Source of the DNA: Veleropilina oligotropha
Taxonomy: Eukaryota
Direction: 5' to 3'
DNA length: 64,000 nucleotides
Assembly (NCBI GenBank): GCA_048128005.1
Contig: JBEUKZ010000079.1
Location: forward strand, 1 to 64,000
The position numbers were made by a program, and so were the translations under genes. The notes under the pieces are model-generated. The model was not told the DNA's origin and searched no databases. It saw only the letters and a program-made list of their open reading frames with translations. This document shows, one piece after another, positions 13,940-27,396 of this stretch (its first letter is position 1; each line of letters starts with the position of its first letter).

Positions 13940-14295
13940 ATATGACCTTGACCATTGACCCAGTGACCCCAACTTTGAACTTATGCAAGGCCTAATGGTA
14001 TATAAGATGTATACCAAATATGAAAGGTGTAGGTCCAGCGGTTCGTCTTCTATGTGACAGAAAGCGATCTTCCAAGTCGAGAATGGAAATACACGAAAAT
14101 GACCTTGCCCTTTGACCCAATGACCCCATATTAGAACTTAGGTAAGGCCTGATGGTATACAAGGTGTATACCAATATGAAAAGCATAGGTGTAGGTCAAT
14201 CGGTTCGTCTTCTATGTGACGGAAAGCGATTAGCGGACGCCGACGATGGACGCCAGTCAACGACTATAGCCCTGTCTAGTAGGCGGGCCAAAAAA
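13940..14295 (+). mobile_element. Probable 3' part of another HINE/DINE-like element
   Basis: Two ~155-bp TGACC-rich units, a GACG(C)-type microsatellite, and a terminal GCCC...GGGC hairpin before an A-run. Confidence 0.4.
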
Positions 14296-14845
14296 CCGAT
14301 GTGAGGTCCTTGATACTTCGACATGTAGTTCGGCTATTTCATGTTGGTTGAAATAAGTTCAACTCGTTCAACGGCGCATTGACACAATTTTTCGTCGTCA
14401 GACTGTTCATCGAAACACGAAGATGTTTGGTAAAATATAATAAATGTATTTATCTAAATTGCATGTGATGTGACATTATTGTAAAATGGTCAATCAGTAA
14501 TATTGTTACATGACTTGGTATTTTTGCCCATTCTTATTGGCTGAAAGTCGATCACGTGACGTGACATTGGTTACGACGTTATGTTCGTGTTGTGTCAGGT
14601 CAATATAACGAATCCGTTGATCTGTTCTATTCTGATTGGCCTGAAGATTGTCACGTGATCGCTCGCCAGGTCAATATAACGAATCCGTTGACTGGTTCTG
14701 CTCCCATTGGCTAAAATGTGAATCCGTTTTTTTGTTCTGCTCTTATAGTCTAAAAGTACATATTCTTTAATGCGGCCTGTTTAACTATGTATACAGTAAA
14801 CATGAGGGGAATGGTGATTAATTTACATCATATAACAATATAGTT

Positions 14846-14945
14846 GTTGACTGTTATTTCGGTGAATATAATGATTTATCCACCTCGGAAGGTGATGTCG
14901 CATTCATTGGTGGATAAATCATTATATCACCGAAAAAACAGTCAA
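14846..14945. repeat. ~100-bp imperfect inverted repeat (small palindromic element)
   Basis: TTGACTGTTATTTCGGTGAATATAATGATTTATCCACC versus GGTGGATAAATCATTATATCACCGAAAAAACAGTCAA. Confidence 0.75.
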
Positions 14946-16719
14946 TAATTGTATAATGTTGCAGCTCAACTTTCCCCAAATCCCAAGTTGCCAACTTGAC
15001 GGAGTTTCTTTCGGCAAGATGTCCGTTACCCATAATAAAACCGGGCCTGGTTTAATTATTTTTTACTTTAATTCGTAGGCAATCCAGGGACCCCATCAAT
15101 ATAATATTTTGGGATTGCAAAGTTTCTAACTTTTAGTTGGGTGGCCAATGTATTTCCGTGGGAGTCGAATGTTAATATATGACCACTGATTGGAATGTCT
15201 TCTGTGGTATATTAGGTTCCCAAAAAATGACGTTGCCATTTTTTCTGACTATGTTTTGACATTTTTGGCTCAATTTTCCCATACCTCCAAACAGCATAAT
15301 ATTGCACAGCGTATATGTGAAAATATCAAAATAAGTGTTGCAAACCCTACCTAAAACTTTCTACACACACGGTAGAGATCAATTGTATTATGTATTACGT
15401 ACATAATCACAAATAAAACATTTCATGCAGGGAGTCCGGACCCCCTCCCCCTTGAAATTAAGAAATGATAGTTTTCTTACATTGTTTGTTATAAGACCCG
15501 ATTTGGCAGTTATCCAGGCATAACGCAATCAGAATCACGGGTTTAAGGTCATATCTGATCAGAAACAACATATATATCGGACACACACACCCCTCCCCCT
15601 TAGTGACAAAAACGAAATATTTACTCATTAAGTCTGATGAAAATGGTTAATAAATGTTGGTAGATATATCGAGTTTGCACCCTCGGAATGCAGAAGAGAG
15701 GAGGTTCACACAATTAATTATCAGAATAAAATCGAGTTCGGGGAGCGGGGCAGTTGATAGTATATTATCAAATTCCCCCTCCCCCCTACCCTCAATTGCA
15801 AATCCTCGATTCTCTCCTGCAAACTCATAACCAAATATATAAAATTACGTTCAAAATTATTGCACATATACAGCCACATTTAATTAGTTGTATTTTTGGC
15901 GTCTGGTGCATGAGACTGCATTGTCTGGATATCCATCATTAGATTACCCATAGTCTGTTGCGGGAGAGTGTTATGGATCAGGCAGTATATGGCCTGGTAA
16001 TGTGCGCGTGCGATAGCTTCTTTCAGTGCTTCTTCAGTGGATGGCAGTTTATGTCCTTCGGATTGGTTCTTTGTGAACAATCTCCAGCAAAGTCCTCCAA
16101 CATTTGAATTTGATGTTCCTGGTTCATATATTGGACAGACAAACTTTTTCAGTTGCCCAGTAACTGTTGTTTCCGATGATGTTTCGTTGGGTGCTTTCGT
16201 CAGTGCTTTCCACAGCTAATCTTTCCTCTACCAGCAAATTTTCCAATCTGATCAGCTCCGGAGATTGCGTGTAATCCTGGTAGAGCAGCAGCATTAGCCT
16301 CCCCCAGTGAATGGGTGCCACCGGGATGACACATTTTTTGTTCCCCGTGCCTGTGACAAAATATGTGCTGTTACACAGTTGTTTGTAGCGTCGGATAATG
16401 AGAAGAAAGACGTCTGTGCCAGAGAATTGTATATATAATTATGTGTCACCTCGATTTTACAGCATCAAAGCTGTGCAGTACAATTCGGGCGTCAGCTTCT
16501 TCCTGTGTGCTCTGAATGTGCTGTACGTCAACATGATTGGATATGATATCCTGTCATGATGAAACAATAAATGTCTTGGATATGCCCTCAAGGTGATGCA
16601 ACCCTTTGTTGGCCATGTAGACAGTCGGTTCAGCTTTCGTTTTATGCTCGAGAGAATCTGTGTCGTTGAGACCGTTTCTATATGTACTATCTCCTACACG
16701 ACAGACAATTGATGATTTT

Positions 16720-18322
16720 TAATAATATAATAATAATAATAGTTAAACATGGCAACCACTGGGGTTGAAGTTTACAAAATTGGGAATAACTATGATTATT
16801 GAAATAAGCAGCATACATACATAACATATTAACGAAATATATTAGATATTAAAGGGTATTAACATACATACAGTAAATGATAAGTTTAAAGGGACGTCGA
16901 AGGTATATAAAGGATAATTATAAAGATACACTTTAAAGTACATAAAAGATAAAGTTAAAGTTATTAAAAGATGCATAAAAGATAGATTTAAAGATATTTA
17001 AAAGATAGATTTAAAGATATTTAAAAGATAGATTTAAAGATATTTAAAAGATATATTTAAAGATATTTAAAAGATATATTTAAAGAAAATATAAAGATAT
17101 TTTAGACAAACGTATTATTGGTAGTTTGAGAGCGAGTGGATGATGAAACTTTTGCGCTCATTGCGGATTTTCGGAAGATGATATTTGGTGCATTTTCGGA
17201 GGTTGTAATGATATCTGGCAGGGGATTGTTCAGTTTGTTATCGGGATTTAAAGAATTGTTTGCATAACAGTTTGCGCCTATCCGATAGAATTTGTAATCC
17301 AGAAAATTGAATAGCCTCATGATAGTGTTGTCCAGGGAATATTATTCTTAGCACTCGCTTTTGAAGACGCTCGAGTGACTCTGATTGTCCGATCGTTAAT
17401 CCTGGGTGCCATGCTTGGCAACAATATTCTAGCACTGGTCGGATGATAGTCGTGTAATATGTGATGAGGTCAGTAGGTGGCAGACCTCCTCTCTTCAATT
17501 GTTTAAGGAAATATAGTCGCGATGATACTCTGGTGCAGATCGTATTTACATGATAATTCCACGACAAGTCATTGGAAATCCAAACTCCGAGGATTTTAAA
17601 CTCAATATCGGAGTGGCTCAGTCTAAGAGGTTCCGGGGCTAATAATAATAATAATAATAATGGTTCCATAGAAAACCGCGTAACCAGTTTACGAGGATTT
17701 TGGGAACTCTAAGATTTTCATATCAAGTATAGCATGCGTTGTGGAAAGCCTCTTAAGGCCACCGTATTGACATGGATCGATTCACGGATGTATTCTAGGA
17801 TCCGAGGGCCGATGATAAATTCAAGATGTTTCGATAGAATTGGAGTCAACGAGATTGGGCGTGTATATGATTCAATAGCACGGGGGTGGTTCACTTTTGG
17901 GATTGGGGTGACGTTCGTATTTGTCCAGATAGATGGAATTACTCCTTGTTTGATTGAATAATTGTACATAGCGCAAATAGGGCGGGAGATGAGGCCCTCT
18001 AGGTTCTTCAATACCCAGTTTGGAATGTTATCAGGTCCCGGTGCTTTAGACAACTTGGTAGACATGAATTTACGTTCGACGTCATCTACGCTCATGTGCT
18101 ACGATATCGTCTGGGTGTGTCACGATAGTGTCTATCGGGTTAAGATGGGCCGAAACAGAGTGAATGAAGCGATTTATTTCACCGGCTAGCATGTCCACAT
18201 CCCCGTTAAACAGATATTTTGCTAGGCCTTGCATTTTATCAGACTTTTGTTTGTCAAGTCCTATGAGGGCCTGGGTCTTTGCCAATGTCTTTTTCTCCAA
18301 TGCGTCTTTCTCTCGTGGCCCC
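16720..18322 (-). mobile_element. Internally deleted L2-group (Daphne/Crack-like) LINE fragment nested in the PIN-like ORF
   Basis: KAPGPDNIP..RPISLTPILSK (17718-18095) and LGVWISNDLSWNYHV..IRPVLEYCCQAWHPGLT..LERLQKR (17238-17620); the RT core between them is missing; (TTA)n tail near 16720-16740. Confidence 0.75.
16975..17101. repeat. AT-rich ~22-bp tandem repeat (ATTTAAAGATATTTAAAAGATAG-type) in the LINE 3' UTR
   Basis: Directly visible. Confidence 0.85.
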
Positions 18323-20561
18323 ACAATGTCAAAACGGTCAAATACCAAATGTACTTCGTCATAGTCCCTAGTGTTGATGATTAATGTGGCTGCGAAATGA
18401 TCGGCCTGATATGAGCATTGTTTTATCCATGCTGGCTTACACAACGCATGCAAGACTGTCATTCCATCTATTATTTTGACCTTTTTTGTGAAATACTTTC
18501 CTCAGAATCGACTGATGCGACTGGTGGTAGTTGGTCACCATCATTCGACTGATCTATGGAGAGCTTCTCCAGTATTGTCATCAGCTTGCCTTTGTCACTG
18601 TCAATGAGAAAGGGGCTCGTGGAAGTGATGTGAATTAATGGTGACCAACAGCTTCCTCCAGATTCACCTCTGGTCGAGACCTGGCAACAATCACTTTACG
18701 GGCAAACAATGCTCTTGAATCCTTCAGCTGAACCACCTGCTCAGTTAGCTTATGATTTACCACCTTTCGGGCTCTTTTCCAGATTTTCCGCTGAGCCTTT
18801 GTCATCCTCGCCAAAATGTTGACCTGTTGACTCCTGTGCGTTTTTCAACCAAGGCAGCATATTCCTTCTGACCAATTTCATCCTGGGTGCTGACGTATAT
18901 CTGCACTTCAGCAGACATGACGAGTTTGGTGATGACACAAAGATAACATTGCCCTCTCAGGGTAAGATACTCTTCGAAGAATAGGGCTTGGATTGTGGTC
19001 ATATGTGCCCCCAGAGATCTTTCCATGTGTTTAGCTTCGATGATGTATAGTTGTGACAGAACAATATATGCATGCTTCGGTCCAGGCGTCGTCCAATCCA
19101 CTAGCCTCTATGGCATGCCCAACTACTCTGAATGTAGCCAATACAGTGTGCATTTCTCACGATACAAAAAAGTATCCACTTTCCTTACAGTCCTCTCCGC
19201 TCATTTTCAACCGCTTGGCACGCCCGTACAAAGCCATGATTAATGTGATCACTGTCATTCTCACAGGACCAACAACCATGCAATATTATTGATCTGTTGT
19301 GTTTCATGCAGGACCGTCTGGAGAGTTTTCCATTTGTGAACAGGGACTGCAACAAACGGAATAACGGTGGGGATATTGCGCTTTTTGGATAGCTGTACTT
19401 AAAAGTTCTGTTGATTGTGTGGCACCTTCGACTGTTTGAACGCTTTGATCATCGCATCGGCTTGTGAGATATCCGTATATTGAATATTATATCCGACAAT
19501 ATTGAGTTTGTACTCTAAATATACACTTTGTGGTGTTGTATACTTTTCAAACCATCAATTTATGAAATTGCATCTGACAAGAACAGGGCATATGAGATAA
19601 ATAAAATTATATGAATGTACTACAGACCTTAGGACATATTAAAATTGCACTACCACTGAGCCACGGCGGCATAGTTACGGTCTGTGGTTTAAAATTAAGA
19701 GCATTTTTCGCTACTTACTGGCAATGCAACTTTAAATAAAATATAGATTCGTGAAGAGAAACAAATACAGTATACTCATGCAGTGTCCATAATATTATAC
19801 AATACATATAATTATTATATTGATGAACATCACGAACAATAATACTTACTATGCTTGATCAATTTGGCAATGCATCTCGTTTTAAAAGGCATAATACAGG
19901 AATTTACTCAATTTCCAGGTTAGATTAGGTGACTGACAATAATAATGATCTAAATGTATGCATACTTTGCCAGTGTGAGTAATATTTCTGAAGGTACTTT
20001 ACATGGCATGTCCCATCGAATTACACAATTTACATTGTCTATCTTCTCGTGGAATATTTGTGTATCTTCCGGATTCAATAGCTAAATTATGAGAGCCTAA
20101 TCTGAATGTAGTCAATGCTCTTGTTTGAACCTACCATCCGATATCAAAGTGAGGTAATTTTCATAGGTATAATTATGTTTAAAAGGGCAATACGCTTCTA
20201 ACTTTGGAGAAGCAGTGATACTGCCATTGGGCCTCTCAAAATGACACTTACCCCGCTAGGTATTATTAAGTATCACTGAACGCTAAACATTGTAGCATAT
20301 CGTATGCCGACATCGCTGACATCAACCTAAATGTTAGCCTGCGTTGTACACGATCATGTCATAACTAATAGTAACTTAATATATAACTCAATTTAAAAGC
20401 AATCCGTGCAGGAAATGGATCGTGCTGTATCTTCGGGCTAAATTGAATGTGACGATTTTCCGTCATACAATGACAATTACCAGCACTAAATAATTGAAAT
20501 ACATATTCCACTTCTTATGTTCCCCATGATTCTGGCGACCCGGTGGATGCAATGTATTAAA

Positions 20562-20682
20562 AGATAGCTCCAATTGACTTGCATGAGTTCAATATAGCTC
20601 CAAATGACTCGCATGAGTTCAAGATAGCTACAAATGACTCGCATGAGTTCAAAATAGCTACAAAGGACTCGCATGAGTTTCA
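20562..20682. repeat. Tandem repeat, about 4 x 28 bp (ATAGCT.CAAATGACTCGCATGAGTTCA)
   Basis: Directly visible. Confidence 0.85.
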
Positions 20683-20739
20683 CTGATGAACAGTTGAGAG
20701 TCGGAATATCCAATTAACAGTCACAGCTGTTGATTACTG

Positions 20740-21650
20740 GACAGTGATGGGAGGAATATGCAGGGGCAGTTCTATCCTCCGACAATAGTTGGGACATGAT
20801 CCAGGGAGGAACTATCCGGTGCCGTCCTATCCTCCGGCGATAATACGGACAATGAGAGAAGATTATCCGGGGGCGTGCTATCCCTCAGCGATAATAGGGA
20901 GATGATCCATCGGAGAATTATCCGGGGGTCGTGCTATCATCCGGCAATAATGGGGACAGTGAGGTGGATTATCCGGGGGCCATGCTATCCTCCGGCGATA
21001 ATAGGGACAGTGAGGAAGAATTGTCCGGGGACGTGCTATCCTCCAGCGATAATAGGGACAGTGATGGGAGATTATCCGGGGGCCGTGCCATCCTCCGGCG
21101 ATAATAGGGGCAGTGATGGATGATTATCTGGGGACGTGCTATCCTCCGGTGATAATAGGGACCGTGATGAAGGATTATCCGGGGGTCGTGCTACCCACGG
21201 ACGATAATACGGCCATGATCCATGGGCGGATTATCCGCGGTCGTGCTATCCTCCGGAAATAATAGGGACAGTGATGGATGATTGTCCATGAGCCGTGCTA
21301 TCCTCCAGCGATAATAGGGACATGATCCATTGGAGGATTATCCGTGGACGTGCTATCCTTAAGCGATAATAGGGACAGAGATGAAGCATTATCTGGGGGC
21401 CGTGCTATCCACGGACGATAATAGAAACATGATCCATGGGCGGATTATCCGCTGGCGTGCTATCCTCCGGCGATAAAAGGGACAGTGATGGCGGATTGTC
21501 CAGGAGCCGTGCTACCCTCCGGCGATAATAGGGACGGTGATGGAGGATTGTCCAGGGGTCGTGCTACCCTCCGGCGATAATATGGACGGTGATGGAGGAT
21601 TGTCCAGGGGTCGTGCTACCCTCCGGCGATAATAGGGACAGTGATAGATG
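20740..21650. repeat. ~52-bp GC-rich minisatellite, diverged block
   Basis: Repeated GATAATAGGGACAGTGATGG..GATTATCC.GGGG.CGTGCTATCCTCCGGC. Confidence 0.92.
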
Positions 21651-21908
21651 ATTCGTGAAGACAAGCAAATGCAGAATACTCAGGCAGTGTCCATAATAGT
21701 ATACTATACAAATAAATATAATATTTATAAACAACGAACAATAATACTCATTAATACTTAATAATCAATTTGACAATGCATCTCGTTTTAATGACATGAT
21801 GAAGGAAATTACTCAATTTCAATGTTAGGTTAGGTGACTGACACAATAATAATGAATTAAATTTATACATACTAGGCCAGTGAGTATGAGTAATATTTCG
21901 GAAGGTAC
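21650..21908 (+). repeat. Diverged direct duplicate of about 19747-19998, embedded in the minisatellite
   Basis: Both run from GATTCGTGAAGA..CAGTGTCCATAATA through GACAATAATAATGA to TGAGTAATATTTC.GAAGGTAC. Confidence 0.8.
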
Positions 21909-21971
21909 GTCATTCTTATGTCACGACAGACGGGACACGCCAACAAAAATAATTTTAATTTTCGACGTGGC

Positions 21972-22825
21972 AATAATAGGGATAGTGATGGAGGATTATT
22001 CAGGGACCATGTTATCCACCGGCGATAATAGGGACAGTGATGATGGATTATTCAAGGACCATGTTATCCACCGGCGATAATAGGGACAGTGATGGAGGAT
22101 TATTCAGGGACCATGTTATCCACCGGCGATAATAGGGAGTGATGGAGGATTATTCAGAGACCATGTTATCCACCGGCGATAATAGGGACAGTGATGGTGG
22201 ATTATTCAAGGACCATGTTATCCACCGGCGATAATAGGGACAGTGATGGAAGATTATTCAGGGACCATGTTATCCACCGGCGATAACAGGGACAGTGATG
22301 GGGGATTATTCAGGGACCATGTTATCCACCGGCGATAATAGGGACAGTGATGGGGGATTATTCAGGGACCATGTTATCCACCGGCGATAACAGGGACAGT
22401 GATGGGGGATTATTCAGGGACCATGTTATCCACCGGCGATAATAGGGACAGTGATGGGGGATTATTCAGGGACCATGTTATCCACCGGCGATAATAGGGA
22501 CAGTGATGGGGGATTATTCAGGGACCATGTTATCCACCGGCGATAATAGGGACAGTGATGGGGGATTATTCAGGGACCATGTTATCCACCGGCGATAATA
22601 GGGACAGTGATGGGGGATTATTCAGGGACCATGTTATCCACCGGCGATAATAGGGACAGTGATGGGGGATTATTCAGGGACCATGTTATCCACCGGCGAT
22701 AATAGGGACAGTGATGGGGGATTATTCAGGGACCATGTTATCCACCGGCGATAATAGGGACATCATCCATGGAAGGATTATCCATTGGAGTGCTGTCCTC
22801 CAGTGATAATAGGGACATAATCCAT
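21972..22825. repeat. 52-bp minisatellite, near-homogeneous block
   Basis: GATAATAGGGACAGTGATGGGGGATTATTCAGGGACCATGTTATCCACCGGC repeats with period 52 (for example 22334, 22386, 22438). Confidence 0.97.
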
Positions 22826-23945
22826 AGATAGATAGATAGATGTTTATTTGTCTTTCATTACAATTTGGTTACATAGTAGTAAATAATAATAATAATAATA
22901 ACATAATGGAAAGACAGGACGACAGTTGAGCCAAATGCTGGCTGTTCCTTAATTAGGTACCGCCGCCCCTATATGTATATTTATATTATAGTATATATAA
23001 TAAATAAATCATATGACAATATACATGTGACAGTGTTGTTATGTGATTAGTTATAGTTGATGTGACTGTTAGTAAGAAGCGTTTTTGTAACAGGTGTGAT
23101 GTCTTTTGGGTGCATGCAGAAGTTGTTATGTCATGTGTATTGAGCTGTAGTGGCTGCGTTAATATCTGTTCATCCTAAGTTTGATATATTCCTTTGTAAA
23201 TGATTTCACATTTTTTTTTAGTTTTAGATCAGGTGATAGTTTTCCCCATACCAATGGCATTTTGCACAGAATGCTACGGTTAAATACTGATGAATTATGG
23301 CGTTGAATAATTGGGCCATGTCTATTTCTGATATTATAATTGTGATAATGGGCATTATTTGTGAATAATGCGTATATTGGACCCGGTACTTTATAGTTGT
23401 AATATTGAAAACCAACCTTGCTTAGCTCTAGCTCTATCATATCTTGTAATTTCAGGATGCATAACTTTTTAAATAATAGATCGCTATGAGCATTATATTT
23501 TTCATTTAGAATAATACGAACACACTTCTTTTGTAACATGAATAGTTTTCTTATTTGTGCTTTATTTGTCATTGGACCCCACACAGAGAGCCCATATGAT
23601 AAATGACAATGTACAGTACTAAAATAAATCGTTCTTTTTATCCACGAGGGGAGGGAGTTTTTACAACACCGTAAACTATATAGACTTCTAAGTATTTTGT
23701 TTTGTATGGAGTTGGAGTGTTCAATCCAGGTAAGATGTTCATCTATAATTATTCCTAAAATTTTTGTTGATCTGACTTTATTTATTTTAATGTCGTCTAT
23801 TTTCATTTCAAAATTGTTAATAGTTTGACCAGTATTGTGTTTGAAAATAATGTAATTTGTTTTGTTTATATTTAATGACAGTTTATTGGCTTGGGACCAA
23901 ATATTTAGTACTTCCAGGTCATGCATCGCATATTCATGTAGCCTA
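22825..23945 (-). mobile_element. 5'-truncated L2-group (Crack-like) LINE inserted in the minisatellite
   Basis: ORF 23159-23926 is an RT C-terminal region (NKLSLNINKT, LGIIIDEHLTW, HLSYGLSVWG, LQKKCVRII); the 3' UTR ends in AATAAA plus (TCTA)n at about 22825-22848. Confidence 0.82.
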
Positions 23946-23984
23946 CAAAGTTGACTGTTACTGTTCGGACTATCCAGGTGTTAA

Positions 23985-26930
23985 TAGCGACATAGGGCGA
24001 CCATATGGACATGATGGAAGATTATTCGGGACCGTGCTATTCTCCGCGATAATATGGACATGATCCATGGGATAATTATCCAGGGACCGTGTTATTCTCC
24101 GCGATAATATGGACATGATCCATGGGAGAATTATCCAGGGGCCGTGCCATCGTCCGGCGATAATAGGGACATGATCCATGGGAGAATTATCCAGGGGCCG
24201 TGCTATCCTCCGGCAATAATAGGCACATGATCCATGGGAGAATTATTCGGGGATCGCGCTATCCTTCGGCGATAATTGGGACATGATCCATGATATGATT
24301 ATCCAGGATAATAGGCACATGATCTATGGGAGAATTATCTGGGGGCCGTGCTATCCTCCGGCGATTATGGGGACATGATCCATGTGAGAAGTATCCAGGG
24401 GCCGTGCTATCCTCCGGCGATAATAGGGACAGTGATTGAGGATTATCCAGGATAATAGGGACATAATCCATGAGAGGATTATCCGGGGGCCGTGCTATCC
24501 TCCGACGATAATAAGGACATGATCCATTGAATAATTTTCCGGGGACCGTGCTGTCCTCCGGTGGTAATAGGGACATGATCCATGAGAGAATTATTCAGGG
24601 GCCGTGCTATCCTCCGGCGATAATAGGGACAGTGATGGAAGATTATCCAGGATGATATGGACATGATCCATGGAAGAATTATCCGGGGCCGTGCTATCCT
24701 CCGACGATAATAAGGACATGATCCATGGAAGAATTATCCGGGTACCGTTCTATCCTCCGGCGATAATAGGGACATGATCCATGGAAGAATTATCCGGGGA
24801 CCGTGCTATCCTCCGGCAATAATAGGCACATGATCCATGGGAGAATTATTCGGGGATCGCGCTATCCTTCGGCGATAATTGGGACATGATCCATGATAGG
24901 ATTATCCAGGATAATAGGCACATGATCTATGGGAGAATTATCTGGGGGCCGTGCTATCCTCCGGCGATAATAGGGACATGATCCGTGTGAGAAGTATCCA
25001 GGGGCCGTGCTATCCTCCGGCGATAATAGGGACAGTGATGGAGGATTATCCAGGATAATAGGGACATAATCCATGAGAGGATTATCCGGGGGCCGTGCTA
25101 TCCTCCGACGATAATAAGGACATGATCCATTGAATAATTTTCCGGGGACCGTGCTGTCCTCCGGTGGTAATAGGGACATGATCCATGAGAGAATTATTCA
25201 GGGGCCGTGCTATCCTCCGGCGATAATAGGGACAGTGATGGAAGATTATCCAGGATGATATGGACATGATCCATGGAAGAATTATCCGGGGCCGTGCTAT
25301 CCTCCGACGATAATAAGGACATGATCCATGGAAGAATTATCCGGGGACCGTTCTATCCTCCGGCGATAATAGGGACATGATCCATGGAAGAATTATCCGG
25401 GGACCGTTCTATCCTCCGGCGATAATAAGGACATGATCCATGGTAGAATTATCCGGGGACCGTTCTATCCTCCGGCGATAATAAGGACATGATCCATGGT
25501 AGAATTATCCGGGGACCGCGACGATAATATGGACATGATCCATGGAAGAATTATCCGGGGACCGTGCTATCCTCCGACGATAATATGGACATGATCCATG
25601 GAAGAATTATCCGGGGACCGTTCTATCCTCCGGCGATAATAAGGACATGATCCATGGTAGAATTATCCGGGGACCGTTCTATCCTCCGGCGATAATAAGG
25701 ACATGATCCATGGTAGAATTATCCGGGGACCGCGACGATAATATGGACATGATCCATGGAAGAATTATCCGGGGACCGTGCTATCCTCCGACGATAATAT
25801 GGACATGATCCATGGAAGAATTTTCCGGGGACCGTTCTATCCTCCGGCGATAATAAGGACATGATCCATGGAAGAATTATCCGGGGACCGTTCTATCCTC
25901 CGGCGATAATAAGGACATGATCCATGGTAGAATTATCCGGAGACCGTTCTATCCTCCGGCGATAATAAGGACATGATCCATGTTAGAATTATCCGGGGAC
26001 GGGTCCTCCGACGATAATATGGACATGATCTATGGAAGAATTATCCGGGGACCGTGCTATCCTACGACGATCATAAGGACATGATCCATGAACGAATTAT
26101 CCAGGGACCGTTCTTTCGTCCGGCGATAATAGGGACATGATCCATGGGAGAATTATCTGGGGGCCGTGCTATCCTCCGACGATAATAGGGACATGATCCA
26201 TGGAAGAATTATCCGGAGACCGTGCTATCCTCCGGCGATAATAGGGACATGGTCCATGGAAGAATTATCCGAGGACCGTGCTATCCTCCGACGATAATAA
26301 GGACATGATCCATGGGAGAATTATCCGGAGCGGTTATATCCTCCGGCGATAATAGGGACATGATCCATGGAAGAATTATCCGAGGATCGTGCTATCCTCC
26401 GACGATAATAAGGACATGATCCATGGGAGAATTATCTGGGGGCCGTGCTATCCTCCGACGATAATAGGGACATGATCCATGGAAGAATTATCCGAGGATC
26501 GTGCTATCCTCCGACGATAATAGGGACATGATCCATGGAAGAATTATCCGAGGATCGTGCTATCCTCCGACGATAATAGGGACATGATCCATGGACGAAT
26601 TATCCAGGGACCGTTCTATCATCCGGCGATAACAGGGACATGATCCATGGACGGATTATCCAGGGACCGTTCTATCATCCGACGATAATAGGGACATGAT
26701 CCATGGAAGAATTATCCGGGGACTGTTCTCTCCTCCGGCGATAATAGGGACATGATCCATGGAAGAATTATCCGAGGACCGTGCTATCCTCCGGCGATAA
26801 TTGGGACATGATCCATGGAAGAATTATAAGGGGACCGTGCTATCCTCCGACGATAATAGAGACATGATCCATGGAAGAATTATCCGGGGGCCGTGCTATC
26901 CTCCGACGATAATAGTGACATGATCCATGG
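23985..26930. repeat. ~52-bp minisatellite (GGACATGATCCATGG variant) with a 603-bp higher-order duplication
   Basis: Directly visible; near-identical ORF pairs 24259/24862 and 24479/25082 are both offset by 603 bp. Confidence 0.95.
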
Positions 26931-27396
26931 TGTTAAATGCGCATTAGACATCGATCCGAACATCAAGACTCTTAATATATTATTTAATAGTTATTGCCGC
27001 TTTGATGTATTTGTATTAATAAATTCATTTGAAATGAATGACTGTTTCTAACCGTAATTTGACAGGACTACTTGATAGCTAATCATCGCGAAGGAAGTAA
27101 ACGCATATATATATTATTAAACGTAGTGAATCGGTATTGTTTCACAATGTTGTTATGGTTTCTACCCTTATCTACATCCATTCACTTGAGAAAAGACTTG
27201 CTGTGAAACAAGCTGCAGGGTGAATAACGATTTTGCGTTTATTATTGCATGTGATATTTATATAATAATTCAGTTGAGGAAATGATAGATTCAAGCTTGA
27301 CTACTGTACGTGTCTGCAGATCGGATAGCAGAACAGTTGTCTTTGTATCGTTACTACTAGCGACTCGTGCGATCGGTTGCCATTTTCAGTGACGTC

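Larger units (their letters stand above)
15880..19500 (-). pseudogene. Decayed large ORF with a PIN/XPG-like nuclease region, probably from a repetitive DNA element; interrupted by a LINE fragment
   Basis: Minus-strand pieces in the expected order: IIDGMTVLH..VHLVFDRF (about 18330-18470), STQEEADARIVLH (about 16475-16510), SGTDVFLLI (about 16400-16425), LPSTEEALKEAIARAHYQA (about 15990-16047); many stops and frameshifts. Confidence 0.55.

Noticed and set aside
21972..22825. CRISPR-like regular array
   Set aside because: Units are contiguous 52-bp repeats with no unique spacers, there are no cas genes, and the context is eukaryotic
23970..25267. Duplicated 105-aa and 61-aa ORFs
   Set aside because: Minisatellite translations duplicated by the 603-bp higher-order repeat
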